Below, piece after piece: positions 1-11,713 of a DNA stretch of 62,879 nt. Origin of the DNA: Ascoidea asiatica JCM 7603 (taxonomy: Eukaryota; Fungi; Ascomycota); the NCBI GenBank assembly GCA_001600695.1, contig BCKQ01000006.1, positions 699,752-762,630 of the forward strand, written 5' to 3'. Below the pieces are notes generated by a model that saw only the letters and a list, made by a program, of their open reading frames with translations, ran no database searches and had not been told where the DNA came from. The translations under genes and the position numbers were made by a program. Every line of letters starts with the position of its first letter. Position 1 is the first letter of the stretch.

Positions 1-44
1 AAAAAAAAAAAAAAAAAGAGGAAATAATCAAGAATTATAAATAT

Positions 45-1904
45 TTAGTCACTAAGACCACTCACATATACATCACTATCAATATCATCTAATTGACCAA
101 TTGAAATTGTATCATTTTTATCAGATTTACTTTCAGTTTTAATTTTTTCAGTTTTAATTGGTTTTTTCTCATTTAAATTATTTTTATTTCTAAGACTTTT
201 TAAAATACTTGAAACACCAGTTTTAATATTCCTTTTATTGCTATTGTTAATATTGTTAATATTGTTAATATTGTTAATATTGTTAATATTGTTAATATTG
301 TTATTGATATTTGTTTTTTTTAAAGATTTTGAAGTTGGTAACCAATCAGAAAAATCAGCATGATAAGAATTACTATCAGAAGATGTAGAAGAATTACTTC
401 TTTCTCTTTTTTTAATATTTTTTTTAAAATTCAATTTACTTTGATTAAGATTTGATTTAATTTTATGTAAATGTAAATTTTTTGAAGTATCTGAAAGATT
501 TGAATCTATAGATTCAATAGATATTGATCTTTTAAGTTCAATATTATTATTATTATTATTATTATTATTATCAGATTTTAAAATATCATCAAATATTTTT
601 TTCATATCAAATTCATTATAATCTTTATAAATTGAAAGATTATCCATAATATCATAACCATAATCAATAGTATCAATTAATAATTTATAAGCAATTTTTA
701 AATTTTTTAAATTAAAATCTTCTTTAATAATTCTTAAACTAATTTCTGGACTTAAAACATATAAATTAAATGAATCAATACCAAAATAAGAAATTATTGG
801 ATTTAAATTCATTGAATTTAATAAAATTTTTAAAAAATTATTTTTAATTATTATTGAAATTAAACCTTGACGTTTTAAACCTAAATAACCAGAAGTAAAA
901 TTTTTAAAATCAATTTTTAAAAAATCAGAATTTGATAAAGTTGAATTTTTTGAAAAATTTTTAATTTTTTTTGCATTATTAAAAAATTTTGAATTTAAAT
1001 TATTATTTAAAATTTCTGGAATTATATATAAATATTTATTAACTCTTTTAATTAAATTTTTTTTTGTTAAAGGTAATGGAATTTTATTAATTAAAATATT
1101 TAAATTTAAATTTTTATTTAAATTTTTATAAATATTATATTTATATTTTTTTGCAGTTTTTAATTTATTTTTTTTATCAATTAATTGAAAAGTATCAATT
1201 TTACCATTATTATCTAAAGTAAAAGAAATATCATCCATTGAATTATTAATTTGATTATTATTATTAATTTGATTATTATTATTAAGTTGATTATTATTTT
1301 CATCATTTTTTAATAATTTAGATAATTCTAATCTTTTTTTTTCTAAAATTTGATTTTTAATTATATCATTATTATTTAAATTTTTTTTATATAAAATTTG
1401 ATTTTTTTGAATTAATTTAATTTTTTTTAAATTTTTTTTCATTTGAATATAATCATTTTTATTTGAATTTAAATTATTATCATTTAAATTATCATCATTA
1501 AAGTTATCATTAAAGTTATCATTAAAAGTATCATTAAAAGTATCAAATAAAGAATCTGAATTAAATTTTGATTTATAATTTGATTTTATTGAATCACCAG
1601 TATATTCATCATCAGATAATATACTTTCAGTTTTACAATTAGAATTAGAATTAGAATTAGAATTAGATTTTATTTTATTTGAATTGAATGGAATTAAATC
1701 ATTATTATGATTATTATTATTATGATTATCATTATTATGATTATTATTATTATTATTATTAATAGTATTTTTATGTTTACCAAATACATTAATTATCTTT
1801 TGAGGTAAATTTTTAGAAATAATTTTTTTTCTTTTACTTAATTTTGAATCTATATTTCTTTTTGAATGACCAACTCTTCTTGGATGAGAAGAAGAATTTG
1901 CCAT
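45..1904 (-). CDS. RTC4: RTC4-domain protein (restriction of telomere capping 4), Asn-rich
   Basis: 619-aa ORF; segment FTSGYLGLKRQGLIS...YVLSPEISLRIIKEDF...IDYG matches the RTC4 domain pattern (GYxG..., VLxPE..RLIxED); flanks are low complexity. Confidence 0.75.
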   Translation of the reverse strand: MANSSSHPRRVGHSKRNIDSKLSKRKKIISKNLPQKIINVFGKHKNTINNNNNNNHNNDNHNNNNHNNDLIPFNSNKIKSNSNSNSNSNCKTESILSDDEYTGDSIKSNYKSKFNSDSLFDTFNDTFNDNFNDNFNDDNLNDNNLNSNKNDYIQMKKNLKKIKLIQKNQILYKKNLNNNDIIKNQILEKKRLELSKLLKNDENNNQLNNNNQINNNNQINNSMDDISFTLDNNGKIDTFQLIDKKNKLKTAKKYKYNIYKNLNKNLNLNILINKIPLPLTKKNLIKRVNKYLYIIPEILNNNLNSKFFNNAKKIKNFSKNSTLSNSDFLKIDFKNFTSGYLGLKRQGLISIIIKNNFLKILLNSMNLNPIISYFGIDSFNLYVLSPEISLRIIKEDFNLKNLKIAYKLLIDTIDYGYDIMDNLSIYKDYNEFDMKKIFDDILKSDNNNNNNNNNIELKRSISIESIDSNLSDTSKNLHLHKIKSNLNQSKLNFKKNIKKRERSNSSTSSDSNSYHADFSDWLPTSKSLKKTNINNNINNINNINNINNINNINNSNKRNIKTGVSSILKSLRNKNNLNEKKPIKTEKIKTESKSDKNDTISIGQLDDIDSDVYVSGLSD

Positions 1905-1963
1905 TTTGAGATAGTGATGATATGTTAATTTACTTGAAGTACTGATTATATTATAATATTATC

Positions 1964-2007
1964 ATCATTTGATTATCATTTGATTATCATTTGATTATCA
2001 TTTGATT
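1964..2007. repeat. 11-bp tandem repeat (ATCATTTGATT)x4
   Basis: read directly, upstream of the RTC4 start codon. Confidence 0.9.
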
Positions 2008-2107
2008 ATATCTTTTTATCTCTTTGCATCTTGTTATTTCCTGATATTTTGTTGTTTGTTGTTGTGTTAATCTTTTGCAGCTCGGAAAAGAAGAGGACCC
2101 GGGAACG

Positions 2108-2245
2108 TGGCGACAAGGAAGAAGTACCAGGTGGCTGGACTCAAGCAAGGAGATCCTCGATCTTGGTCTCAGCAAGAACTACCACATAAATGGTCTCACT
2201 AAAGGACTGCCATGTAAGTGGTCTCGCATCTCCAACAAGATTAGT
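2108..2245. repeat. degenerate 27-28-bp tandem array, about 5 units beginning TGG(T/A/C)
   Basis: units start at 2108, 2136, 2164, 2191, 2219: tggcgacaaggaagaagtaccagg / tggactcaagcaaggagatcctcg / tggtctca-gcaagaactaccaca / tggtctcactaaaggactgccatg / tggtctcgca. Confidence 0.6.
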
Positions 2246-2318
2246 GTTTGTGTTTTCTTGTGTTTTCTTGTGTTTTCTTTTATCAGCGGTCTCAACTGCT
2301 GCAAAACTGTTGCCGCAC

Positions 2319-2390
2319 TCCGATGTAGTGTAACGGCTATCACTAGTCGCTCTCACCGACTGAACCCGGGTTCGACTCCCGGCATCGGAA
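2319..2390 (+). tRNA. tRNA-Glu, anticodon CUC, intronless
   Basis: cloverleaf TCCGATG/CATCGGA acceptor, D arm GTG..CAC, anticodon stem AGTCG/CGACT with loop CT-CTC-AC, T arm CCGGG-TTCGACT-CCCGG; 5' half matches yeast tRNA-Glu; T7 terminator at 2397-2403. Confidence 0.97.
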
Positions 2391-2396
2391 CTACTC

Positions 2397-2403
2397 TTTT
2401 TTT
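2397..2403 (+). terminator. RNA polymerase III oligo-T terminator
   Basis: T7 run 6 nt after the tRNA discriminator base. Confidence 0.85.
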
Positions 2404-2546
2404 GCATTCTTTTATTTACTTTATTTAGTCTATACTACTTTTATTTCTATTACTTTTATTTACAAAACTGTCATTTGAAGAGAATACCAAAAGAAATATA
2501 AAGAAAAAGTAAACGTCTTTTAAAATTTAAATATAATACACATTTT

Positions 2547-5204
2547 TCATTTAACACAATCTTCAAAAATCTTTAAACTTTCTTCATCAAATATCTTCTT
2601 CCAATCTCTTAATTCAATCTTACTTGATAATTCATTCTCATTCTTATTCATTTTCTTAAATTCTAATAATGAATATTCAAGTTTTTTCCTAATTTCATAT
2701 CCTTCTTTATCAATATCATCTATAACTTTATTAATTATTTCTTCTTTTTTATTATCTTCATATTCATAATCTTCAATTAAATAATTTAATTTAATCTTTT
2801 GAAATTCTTTTGGTATTTGATATCCAACATATTTACTAAATTTACTACCATATAAATAAAATTCTGAATCAGTTTTAATTCTAATTAAATTTTTTCTTTT
2901 ACCATTACTATTTTCACAATATTTTAAATAATTTTTTAAAATTATTTTTTCAATAATCTTAATTTCATTTAATATTAATTTCTTAAATTCTTTTAAATTA
3001 TTAAATATTATTATATCTAATTTAATTTCATTAATTAAATTACTAATACATGGAATTATATTCAAATAAATTATTCTTAATTTATTTAATTTTTCAAAAT
3101 TTTCATTTTCAAAATTTTCATTTTCAAAGTTTCCAATTATTATATCTTTAATAATTAATTGATTTAATTTAATTTCATTTAAAATTCTTAATATAATTTC
3201 AATTTTATTATCTTTATTAATATATTCAAATAAAAAATTATTATTAATTTCACTATAATAATATAATAAATTTATACCAATTTCTTTATTATTTAAATCT
3301 TTAAAATAAATTTCATTAATAATTTTATTAAATTTTAAAAATAATCTATTATTTTCATTTTTTTTTAAAAATTTAAAATATTTTTTTATATTTTCAATAT
3401 ATTTTTTATCTTTAATAAAATTTTTTTTATTATTCTCAATAAATTTTTTATTATTAATTAAATTATTATAAATTCTTTTAGAATTATAAATTTGATTATT
3501 TATTATATTAATTTGTTTAATTATTGTTTTATTTATTATTATAATACAAAATTTATTTAATTCATTTGATAATTTATAATTATTATTATTATTATTAGAT
3601 ATGATTAAAATTTTTTTTAATTTAAAAATTTCATCAATTATTAAATCTCCAATTTTCCAATTATATAAATTAAATTCATAAATAATCTCAATCCATTTCT
3701 TAAATAAAATTTCATCTAAACAATTTTTATATTTTTCAATTAAATTATTAAAATTTAAAATTAATTCATTTTCTGAAATTATTTTAAATTTTTTTAATTT
3801 TTTTAAAATTATTAAATATAATGTTAATAATTTATTTGATGGTTTAAATTTATTATTTAAAATTTCAATTGATAAATAATTTTTTTCATTTTCTTTATTA
3901 AAATTTAATTTTTCTTTAAATTCTTTTAAAATTTTAATATTATACCATGAATTAATATAATTTAAACTAAATTTTAAATATTTTTCATTTGAAAATTTAG
4001 AAAAAACTGATAAACATGAAATTAAAACTTCTTCATCAATTTTAAATATAAAATAATTTCTTTTATTATTATTATTTAATCTTGTATTTATTGATTTTAA
4101 TAAATAATTGATTTTTGAAATTACATATTCTTCATTTTCTTTAATTAATTCAATTTCATTTTCTTCCTCTTTATTTAATTCATTTTCATTTTCATTAAAA
4201 TCATTATTTGAAATTTTTATATTTCTTAAACCATTAAACATTATTGAAAATGTTTTTTTATCAGGAGAATGTGGACCAGTTTTTGGTAAATTTTTAAATA
4301 ATTCCCAAGCAAATTTATCTTGTAAAATTGGATTTGAAGTATTTGTTAAAGCTGATAAAACTGAATTTATATGAATTATTGATAATTTTAAATTATTTTT
4401 TTCATTATTATAATTATTGGTAATTTGATTATCAATTTTATAATTTTCTTCATTATTAATTATATTTTCTTTAATTTGAGAAATTTTATTTGGATAAATT
4501 TTATTAAATAAATTTAAATAAATTTTATTAATTTTTTCTAATTGTTTTAAAGTTAAATTATTTTTAATATTTGAAAAACCATTAAATAAAATTGTATATG
4601 ATAAATCATTATTTGGTACACCCCATTTTTTTCTCCAATTATATAAATCTATAGCTAATTTAAAATTATTTTTTTTTAAATAATATTTTGAAATTTCATT
4701 CATTCCAACAATTCCATTTTCTTTTGCTAATTTACAAAGTAATAAAGCTTTTGTATCTTGATTTTTTAATAAAAATTTTAAAGTATCTTTTTGAATAATA
4801 TATGAATCTTTTAATTGAAAACCACTTGTACCAAGATATGAATAAATTAATTTTTTATTATTTGATTGAATAATTTTTAAACCTTCTGAAGAATTAATAT
4901 CAATAGAATCTAAAGAATTTAAAGAATTATTTAATTTAGATTGTAAAATATATGATGATTTTTGTTTTGAATATGGTTTTAATTTATTTAATGAAATTTT
5001 CTTAAAATTTCTTTTTTCTCTTTGTTTTATTATTCTTTCATTTTTTTTATTTATTTCACCTTTAGATTTAAATAAACCAAGTTTTGCTTTATATGAATCA
5101 TAATTAATTTTTGTTTTTGAAGATGTTAAATGATGAATAAATTTAAAAGTTTGTATAGTTTTAAATGGAGAAAGATTTGAATTTCGTATTAAAACTTGAA
5201 ACAT
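2547..5204 (-). CDS. MRX1: mitochondrial PPR protein, Mrx1 (YER077C)-like
   Basis: basic N-terminal presequence; LAKENGIVGMN...AIDLYNWRKKWGVPNNDLSYTILFNG and PDKKTFSIMFNGL are PPR motifs typical of Mrx1; Puf3-type TGTAAATA in the 3' UTR. Confidence 0.7.
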   Translation of the reverse strand: MFQVLIRNSNLSPFKTIQTFKFIHHLTSSKTKINYDSYKAKLGLFKSKGEINKKNERIIKQREKRNFKKISLNKLKPYSKQKSSYILQSKLNNSLNSLDSIDINSSEGLKIIQSNNKKLIYSYLGTSGFQLKDSYIIQKDTLKFLLKNQDTKALLLCKLAKENGIVGMNEISKYYLKKNNFKLAIDLYNWRKKWGVPNNDLSYTILFNGFSNIKNNLTLKQLEKINKIYLNLFNKIYPNKISQIKENIINNEENYKIDNQITNNYNNEKNNLKLSIIHINSVLSALTNTSNPILQDKFAWELFKNLPKTGPHSPDKKTFSIMFNGLRNIKISNNDFNENENELNKEEENEIELIKENEEYVISKINYLLKSINTRLNNNNKRNYFIFKIDEEVLISCLSVFSKFSNEKYLKFSLNYINSWYNIKILKEFKEKLNFNKENEKNYLSIEILNNKFKPSNKLLTLYLIILKKLKKFKIISENELILNFNNLIEKYKNCLDEILFKKWIEIIYEFNLYNWKIGDLIIDEIFKLKKILIISNNNNNNYKLSNELNKFCIIIINKTIIKQINIINNQIYNSKRIYNNLINNKKFIENNKKNFIKDKKYIENIKKYFKFLKKNENNRLFLKFNKIINEIYFKDLNNKEIGINLLYYYSEINNNFLFEYINKDNKIEIILRILNEIKLNQLIIKDIIIGNFENENFENENFEKLNKLRIIYLNIIPCISNLINEIKLDIIIFNNLKEFKKLILNEIKIIEKIILKNYLKYCENSNGKRKNLIRIKTDSEFYLYGSKFSKYVGYQIPKEFQKIKLNYLIEDYEYEDNKKEEIINKVIDDIDKEGYEIRKKLEYSLLEFKKMNKNENELSSKIELRDWKKIFDEESLKIFEDCVK

Positions 5205-5573
5205 TATAATTAATAAGTTTCATTATTTGATTACTTCTTAAAATCTTCTGTTTATATTTATTCTTTAATATTTTTTTATTTGTTTTTTTATTTGTTTATT
5301 TTCAAATATTTTTTTTTTCAAAAAAAAAAACATCATCTGCGGGTATCAGCGGAAGAACGCATTTAAAGCATAATAAAGCATCGTAGTACATTTTCATACC
5401 GACGCCAGATTTGTGGGTCGCTTACGTAATGGATTATATAATTGGTTTTTTGTGAATCTACAAAGTGAAAAATTATAAATATTTCACAAAAGGATAATGA
5501 TTAATAAGTGATAAATAGTTATCAAATAAGAGATGAAATATAATATAAGTTAGAATTTTTTTTATAAAATTTA

Positions 5574-6761
5574 TTAATAATTTAATTCATTTTTAAGCAT
5601 ATAAGTTACAACAAATGGTAAACTTATACTTAAAACAGTATATTGCATTAAAATATAAATTCCAAGACAATCTAATTGAATATGATCAATAGAATTAATT
5701 GGAGTATAAGAAGCAGAAAAATAAACTTGAGTTGTCATTGAAGGTAAACACCAAGTTATTACAATTACAAAATATATAATATTATTATTTGAAATCCAAC
5801 CAGAATCTCTTAATCTATTACACCAAAGAATACCTAAGATTGGCATAATACATAATTTTAAAAAAACTAAAAAAATACAACCAATAAAAAATTTTTTATT
5901 AATTTTTTTAATTTGTAATTTTGAAATTGTTGAACCTAATAATAATAAACCTAAAGGTACAGAAGCTTGACCAATATAATTTGAGAAATCTAATAAGAAA
6001 TTTAATGGAGGTAAATTATCAGGAGCATTTTTAATTTTATTATTTATTGAAATTTTATTTGTATTTATAAATAAAGCTTTTAACCATGGTATTAAAGAAA
6101 TAATTAAAGAAATTAATAAAGAAATTGAACATGGTCTTAAGAAATTTTGTAATAAAAAAATTAACCAATTTAATTTAAATTTTTTTATAAAATTTATTGA
6201 ATTACCAGATTCTTTTATATGTTTATGACTTAAACCAGCATCTGTAGTTGTAATTAAAGTTAATTTTTTTGTTAAATTTGTTGTTAAAATACTTTGATTA
6301 TTATATTCATTAATAATATCATTAATATTTTGTGAAGGTAATTGTCTTAATTCTAAATTTTTTGAAATTATTGGATTTAAAGAATTTGAACTTCTTGAAA
6401 TATTTTTTGAAATATTTTTTGAAATTGATCTTAATCTTAAATCATTTGTATTTAAATTAAAATTTTGATTACTCAGTCTAAATGGAGCTGGAACTTGATT
6501 AATTATAGATTGAGAAATTGAAGAAATATTTGAAATATTTGAAATTGTTGAAGTTGGAGATAAAATTGCATCTTCAGTTAAATCTTCAGTTATTGGATGT
6601 TCAATAATTATTTGATTACCATTGTTACCATTGTTACTATTGTTGTTGTTAACATTATCAATATCATGATCAATTTCTTTATCTTTATCATCTTCATCTT
6701 CATTATCATTGACTTGAGATTGAGAGTGGGATTGAGATTGGGATTCAAGATCAAGATTGAG

Positions 6762-6794
<33 letters not shown>

Positions 6795-7316
6795 TTTAAT
6801 AGTATCTCTAAAATCATATTCAATTAATTGAAAACCACCTAAATTAAAAACACAAAATATAAAAGTAGCTAAGAATATACAAACATAAGCAATACCTTTA
6901 TTACCATCAGATTCATTAAAAATTAAACCAGAATCTAAAGTTTGTATATAAGCAATTGGTAAATCCGAAATATTTGGAAATATAGAACCTGCAAATAAAC
7001 CACCATACCAAAATTTTGGTATTAATTTTGTATATAAAATTATTAAACCAATTAAAAAACCAGATAAATAAATTAATAAAGATGATAAACAAATTATACC
7101 AATTGAATTTAAATCAGAAATTTGAATATTTGAAATAATTTTATTAAATATTAAAGATGGTAAAAATAAAGTTAAAACCATGTCAGATAAATTTCTTGAA
7201 GTTTCTGCATTTAAAATATTTAATTTTGATAATAAACCACCAGAAAATATTATAAAATAAATTTTTATTATTGGTTTAAATGATGACCAAATTATTACAC
7301 CTAATGAAACTGACAT
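5574..7316 (-). CDS. ECM3: auxin-efflux-carrier (Mem_trans) family ER membrane protein, Ecm3/YNL095C
   Basis: SLGVIIWSSFKPIIKIY and FPNISDLPIAYIQT; two hydrophobic TM blocks separated by a low-complexity loop. Confidence 0.88.
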
Positions 7317-8209
7317 TTTTTATATATAATATGAAATATGTAATATGTAATATAATGAAGTATGAAGTATGAAATATGAAATAAAGAAATAAAAGGAGAC
7401 TTAAATAATAAAATTTTTGAATGAAATAGTAGTATTATTGAAATGATAAAGATAAGGTTATTGAATAATATAATAAATTTATATTAGAATGGCTGAAATA
7501 TTTTCAGTAAGATAAATATTTGAAATTGATTCGAGATTCATTTGAAATTTTATCTCATGGCAAAGGATAAGAATGAGAATGAGAATGTTGGATAAGTGTT
7601 GTTGTTGTTACTGTTGTTGTTACTGTCTCTTTATTCACTTGTTTAGTTGACTTCTTTAGTAAACTTCTTTAGTGGATATTTCAATCTATCACTTTGATAT
7701 ATTCTTATATTCTTATATTCCATTATTCCATTATATTATATTATATTATATTGTTCACTGCTTTTGTACTCTTTTTTGTTCTTTTTTTGTTCTTTTTCTC
7801 GTAAACCGGACACTTCCGCGGGTGGGAGCAGTTTCCAGTGCTCTCCACGCCGGAAACACGCCGGAAACACGCCCAGTGAAGAAACAACGAGATACGAGAT
7901 ATGAGATAAGTGAGATATATACAGTGTATAGTGATACTGTGTACTGTGTGAGATATATGAAAGAAGTACAAAAGAAGTATCAAAGAATAAGGACAAAAGT
8001 AGAACAACAACAGAGAACAGAGAACAGAGAACAACAACAAGAACAACAACAAGAACAAAAAGCCTTTCAATTCCAAGACCTCCACCAAAAACAACTGCAG
8101 AAACAGCTGCACAGAAACCATCCCTTGCCGAAAATGATGATCTTTGATGGGTCTCTTCTTGTCTCTTCTTTGCCCAGCATGGCTCGAATTATTCATTAAT
8201 GAATAACCT

Positions 8210-8257
8210 ATTGAATAACTTATTGAATAACTTATTGAATAACTTATTGAATAACTT
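8210..8257. repeat. 12-bp tandem repeat (ATTGAATAACTT)x4
   Basis: read directly. Confidence 0.9.
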
Positions 8258-8412
8258 AATTGCATATTATTTCATTCATGGCTTTTAATTGACCCACTTA
8301 TATTAACTAATATTAACTAATTATCTCTTTTAAGAAAAAAATAAGGGGTAACTATTATTATATTATATTATATTATTATATTATATTAAATTTTATATAA
8401 AATAACTTAATC

Positions 8413-9774
8413 TTACTTTTTATTCCAAAATAAACTAAACCTTTTATTATCATTATTATTATTATTATTACCAATATTACCAATATTACCAATATTACCA
8501 ATAATATTATTATTACTACTACTATTAATATGTGAAAAATTTATAGATTTTCTTTTATTTGAATTATATTTTAATTCTTTAATTAATTCTTCTCTTCTTA
8601 ATTTTTCTAAATTACTCATTAAATTTTTTATAACTTCTTCAAAAGTTTCTTTATCATTTTTTAAAATTTTTAATTCATTTAAAAAAATTTTTAATAAAAT
8701 TTCACTTTTAATAATTTTTAAATTTAATTTAATTTTAATTTCATTTAATTTTTTAAAATTTTTAAAAATTTTAATATAATAAATTTTTGGTTGAATAAAT
8801 TTATTTAAATTATTAATTTCAAAATTTATTTTTTTAATAATATTTAAAATTTCATTTTTATTATATTTTTTTTCAATTTCTTTAAAATTATTTAATTTTA
8901 TATTATATTTTTTAAATTCTTTTAAATTATCTAAATTATTTAAATTATCCATTTCTTCCAAATTTTTATTAAATTCATTTGTATTTATTGATAAATTTGA
9001 AATTATTGATGATGATCTAAATCTATCATTTAATTTATCATTTAATTTATCATTATTATTATTAGATGGTAAAATTTCATCTAAATCAACTGGTAATCCT
9101 AAATTTATTAAAATTTGTTTACGTATTGAAGATTTTTTCCAATTTATTGGATTTAATTTTGGTTTTAATATTAATTGATCATATAATGATTTAGATCTTT
9201 CATTTAAAATACTCATTTCATTCTCATTCTCACTTTCATTCTCACTTTCATTCTTCTTATTATAAGATAATGGAAATATATTGTTAATTAATTTATTTAA
9301 TTCATTATTTAAATCTTTTGAATTTGAAAATATTTCATTTGATAAATTTATATTATATAAATTATTATTATTTTCTTTATTAAATTCTTTATTAAATTCT
9401 TTAATATCAGTTTCTTGAAAATCATCAAATGATGCATCTGAAAATGATCCAAAATCATCCTCTTCATCTTCTTCTTCATTCTTTATATCACTATTTATTG
9501 AATTAACTTGTATATCAATCGCGCTTTCATTATTATTGATGTCAATATTAGATAATTTAATTGTATTATCATTTATATTATCATTTATTAAATTTGAATT
9601 TTTTAAATTTCTTATAGTTTCATTATCATTTTCTTTATCACTATCATTATCACTATTATTATCACTATTATTATTATTAATATTCATATTCATCTCAATA
9701 TCATTATCATTATCCATATTATCCATATTATCATTTATATCATTTATATCATTTATTTTTTGATGTAGTATCAT
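8413..9774 (-). CDS. LAA2: AP-1 clathrin adaptor accessory protein Laa2 (YBL010C / DUF5102-like)
   Basis: acidic DDFGSFSDAS gamma-ear-binding motif, WKKSSIRKQILINLGLPVDLDEILP, coiled coil DKETFEEVIKNL, C-terminal KRFSLF. Confidence 0.72.
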   Translation of the reverse strand: MILHQKINDINDINDNMDNMDNDNDIEMNMNINNNNSDNNSDNDSDKENDNETIRNLKNSNLINDNINDNTIKLSNIDINNNESAIDIQVNSINSDIKNEEEDEEDDFGSFSDASFDDFQETDIKEFNKEFNKENNNNLYNINLSNEIFSNSKDLNNELNKLINNIFPLSYNKKNESENESENENEMSILNERSKSLYDQLILKPKLNPINWKKSSIRKQILINLGLPVDLDEILPSNNNNDKLNDKLNDRFRSSSIISNLSINTNEFNKNLEEMDNLNNLDNLKEFKKYNIKLNNFKEIEKKYNKNEILNIIKKINFEINNLNKFIQPKIYYIKIFKNFKKLNEIKIKLNLKIIKSEILLKIFLNELKILKNDKETFEEVIKNLMSNLEKLRREELIKELKYNSNKRKSINFSHINSSSNNNIIGNIGNIGNIGNNNNNNDNKRFSLFWNKK

Positions 9775-9899
9775 TATGGATATTATTCAATTTAATTTAA
9801 TTTACTTGATTTATTAAAACTATTTTAAATCTGTCCTTAAATTGTCAACAGAACAAATTCAATATTTTGTAAAATAAAATAAAGATTATTTTAAAATAC

Positions 9900-10500
9900 G
9901 TCGTATGAGCACGTGATAAACAAATTACAAATAAGATCCGTTGTGGTGGTATATACTGTTACGTACACCTGCTTACTTAGAAGTACAGTTGATTTATTTT
10001 TAGCACACCAAGCATATTCAGGTATCTTGATGTACTAGCTACCACTACTTACGTTATCTCCAGTTCCAGTGCGTAATATAGAACTCAGCAAGGCTAGATT
10101 TAGGATTGAGGAGTTCTAATTTGCTGCTTGCACGGATTAAAGAAATTCAAGAAATTCAAGAAACTCGCAGTGGAGCAGGTTTAGCGCGTGTTTCATTGGC
10201 TGGAACCTGTTCCGCCGGTATCCGCTGGCGGTAAAACACACCCATGGAAAGATCCCAACGCCGGATTCAGGCGTTGAAACCCCACTTGATAAGACCAATT
10301 AAAGCACCGTCACCTGACTACACGCGTGAACTAACTGTATAATAGGGACAAAAATATAAAATATACACATATTTGTAATAGTTACCATAAAGATTCCCTG
10401 TAAATTACAACACCGCTGAGTTATAAAAAAAGTAATTGAATTTCGGTGAATTTCAGCTCGTGCAAGCTTTGCTCATCTGACAAATCACAATGCTCCATTC
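9900..10500. promoter_or_regulatory. GC-rich divergent promoter for LAA2 and AAC
   Basis: CACGTG near 9910, CCAAT boxes (ATTGG near 10195, CCAAT near 10295), GTCACCTGAC 10309-10318, palindrome CACGCGTG 10321-10328. Confidence 0.5.
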
Positions 10501-10804
10501 TACAAATTTTTAATCTTTTAAATTTTTTCTTTGGTTTTCTTCATAATGAAAATTTATTTTTTAAAAAAATTAAATCTTTGAGATTTGGAAGTTTGTGATT
10601 TTAGTAAAGTTATTTTCATATTTTCAAATACTATTTACTTTTGTATTAATAGTGAATAATTTCCTTCTCTACATTAGTTGTTTTCTTTTATTCTATCTTA
10701 TTCTACTTTTTTCTTCTTTATATATATTTATATTCATCAATTATACTATTATAATTATAATTATAATTATCTTATAACTATAAATATCTTATAATTAAAT
10801 AAAA

Positions 10805-11713
10805 ATGAGTGATTCAAGTAATTTTTTAGTTGATTTCCTTATGGGAGGTGTTTCAGCAGCAGTTGCCAAAACTGCTGCTGCACCAATTGAAAGAGTTAAA
10901 TTATTAATTCAAAATCAAGATGAAATGCTTAAACAAGGACGTTTAAGTAAAAAATATGATGGTATTATTGAATGTTTTAAAAGAACAGCAGCTGAAGAAG
11001 GTGTTGCAGCATTTTGGAGAGGTAATACAGCAAATGTTATTAGATATTTTCCAACTCAAGCTTTAAATTTTGCATTTAAAGATAGAATTAAAAAAGCTTT
11101 AGCATTTAAAAGAGAAGAAGGTTATTGGAAATGGTTTGGTGGTAATTTAGCATCAGGTGGTGCAGCAGGTGCATTATCATTAATGTTTGTTTATTCTTTA
11201 GATTATGCAAGAACAAGATTAGCAAATGATGCAAAATCTGCTAAAAAAGGTGGTGAAAGACAATTTAAAGGTTTAGTTGATGTTTATAAACAAACTATAA
11301 AATCAGATGGTGTTGCAGGTTTATATAGAGGTTTTGGACCATCAGTTGTTGGTATTATTGCTTATAGAGGTCTTTATTTTGGTTTATATGATTCTTTAAA
11401 ACCAGTTGTATTAGTTGGACCATTAGAAGGTTCATTTTTAGCATCATTTTTATTAGGTTGGGTTGTAACTACAGGTGCTTCAACAGCTTCATATCCTTTA
11501 GATACTGTAAGAAGAAGAATGATGATGACTTCAGGTCAAGCTGTTAAATATAAAGGTGCAATGGATTGTTTAAGTAAAATTGTTGCTGCAGAAGGTGTTA
11601 AATCTTTATTTAAAGGTTGTGGTGCAAATATTTTAAGAGGTGTTGCAGGTGCTGGTGTTATTTCAATGTATGATCAATTACAATTGATTTTATTTGGTAA
11701 AAAATTTAAATAA
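10805..11713 (+). CDS. PET9: mitochondrial ADP/ATP carrier
   Basis: [26 protein letters not shown] and the RRRMMM signature; three carrier repeats. Confidence 0.97.
   Translation: MSDSSNFLVDFLMGGVSAAVAKTAAAPIERVKLLIQNQDEMLKQGRLSKKYDGIIECFKRTAAEEGVAAFWRGNTANVIRYFPTQALNFAFKDRIKKALAFKREEGYWKWFGGNLASGGAAGALSLMFVYSLDYARTRLANDAKSAKKGGERQFKGLVDVYKQTIKSDGVAGLYRGFGPSVVGIIAYRGLYFGLYDSLKPVVLVGPLEGSFLASFLLGWVVTTGASTASYPLDTVRRRMMMTSGQAVKYKGAMDCLSKIVAAEGVKSLFKGCGANILRGVAGAGVISMYDQLQLILFGKKFK

Noticed and set aside
2050-2237. Possible solo LTR (TGTTG...CAACA) upstream of the tRNA
   Set aside because: No target-site duplication for any of the three TGTTG starts, which sit in a (GTT)-like simple repeat; no second copy in the window
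2108-2245. CRISPR-like repeat-spacer array
   Set aside because: Eukaryotic context, no cas genes, units similar along their whole length rather than constant repeat plus unique spacer
1987-2428. Short ORFs overlapping the tRNA and its GC-rich upstream region
   Set aside because: They overlap a clear tRNA gene, lack the genome's codon bias and resemble no protein I recognise
7672-8265. 175-aa and 174-aa ORFs on opposite strands
   Set aside because: Built from simple repeats within the ECM3 promoter island, with no recognisable domain
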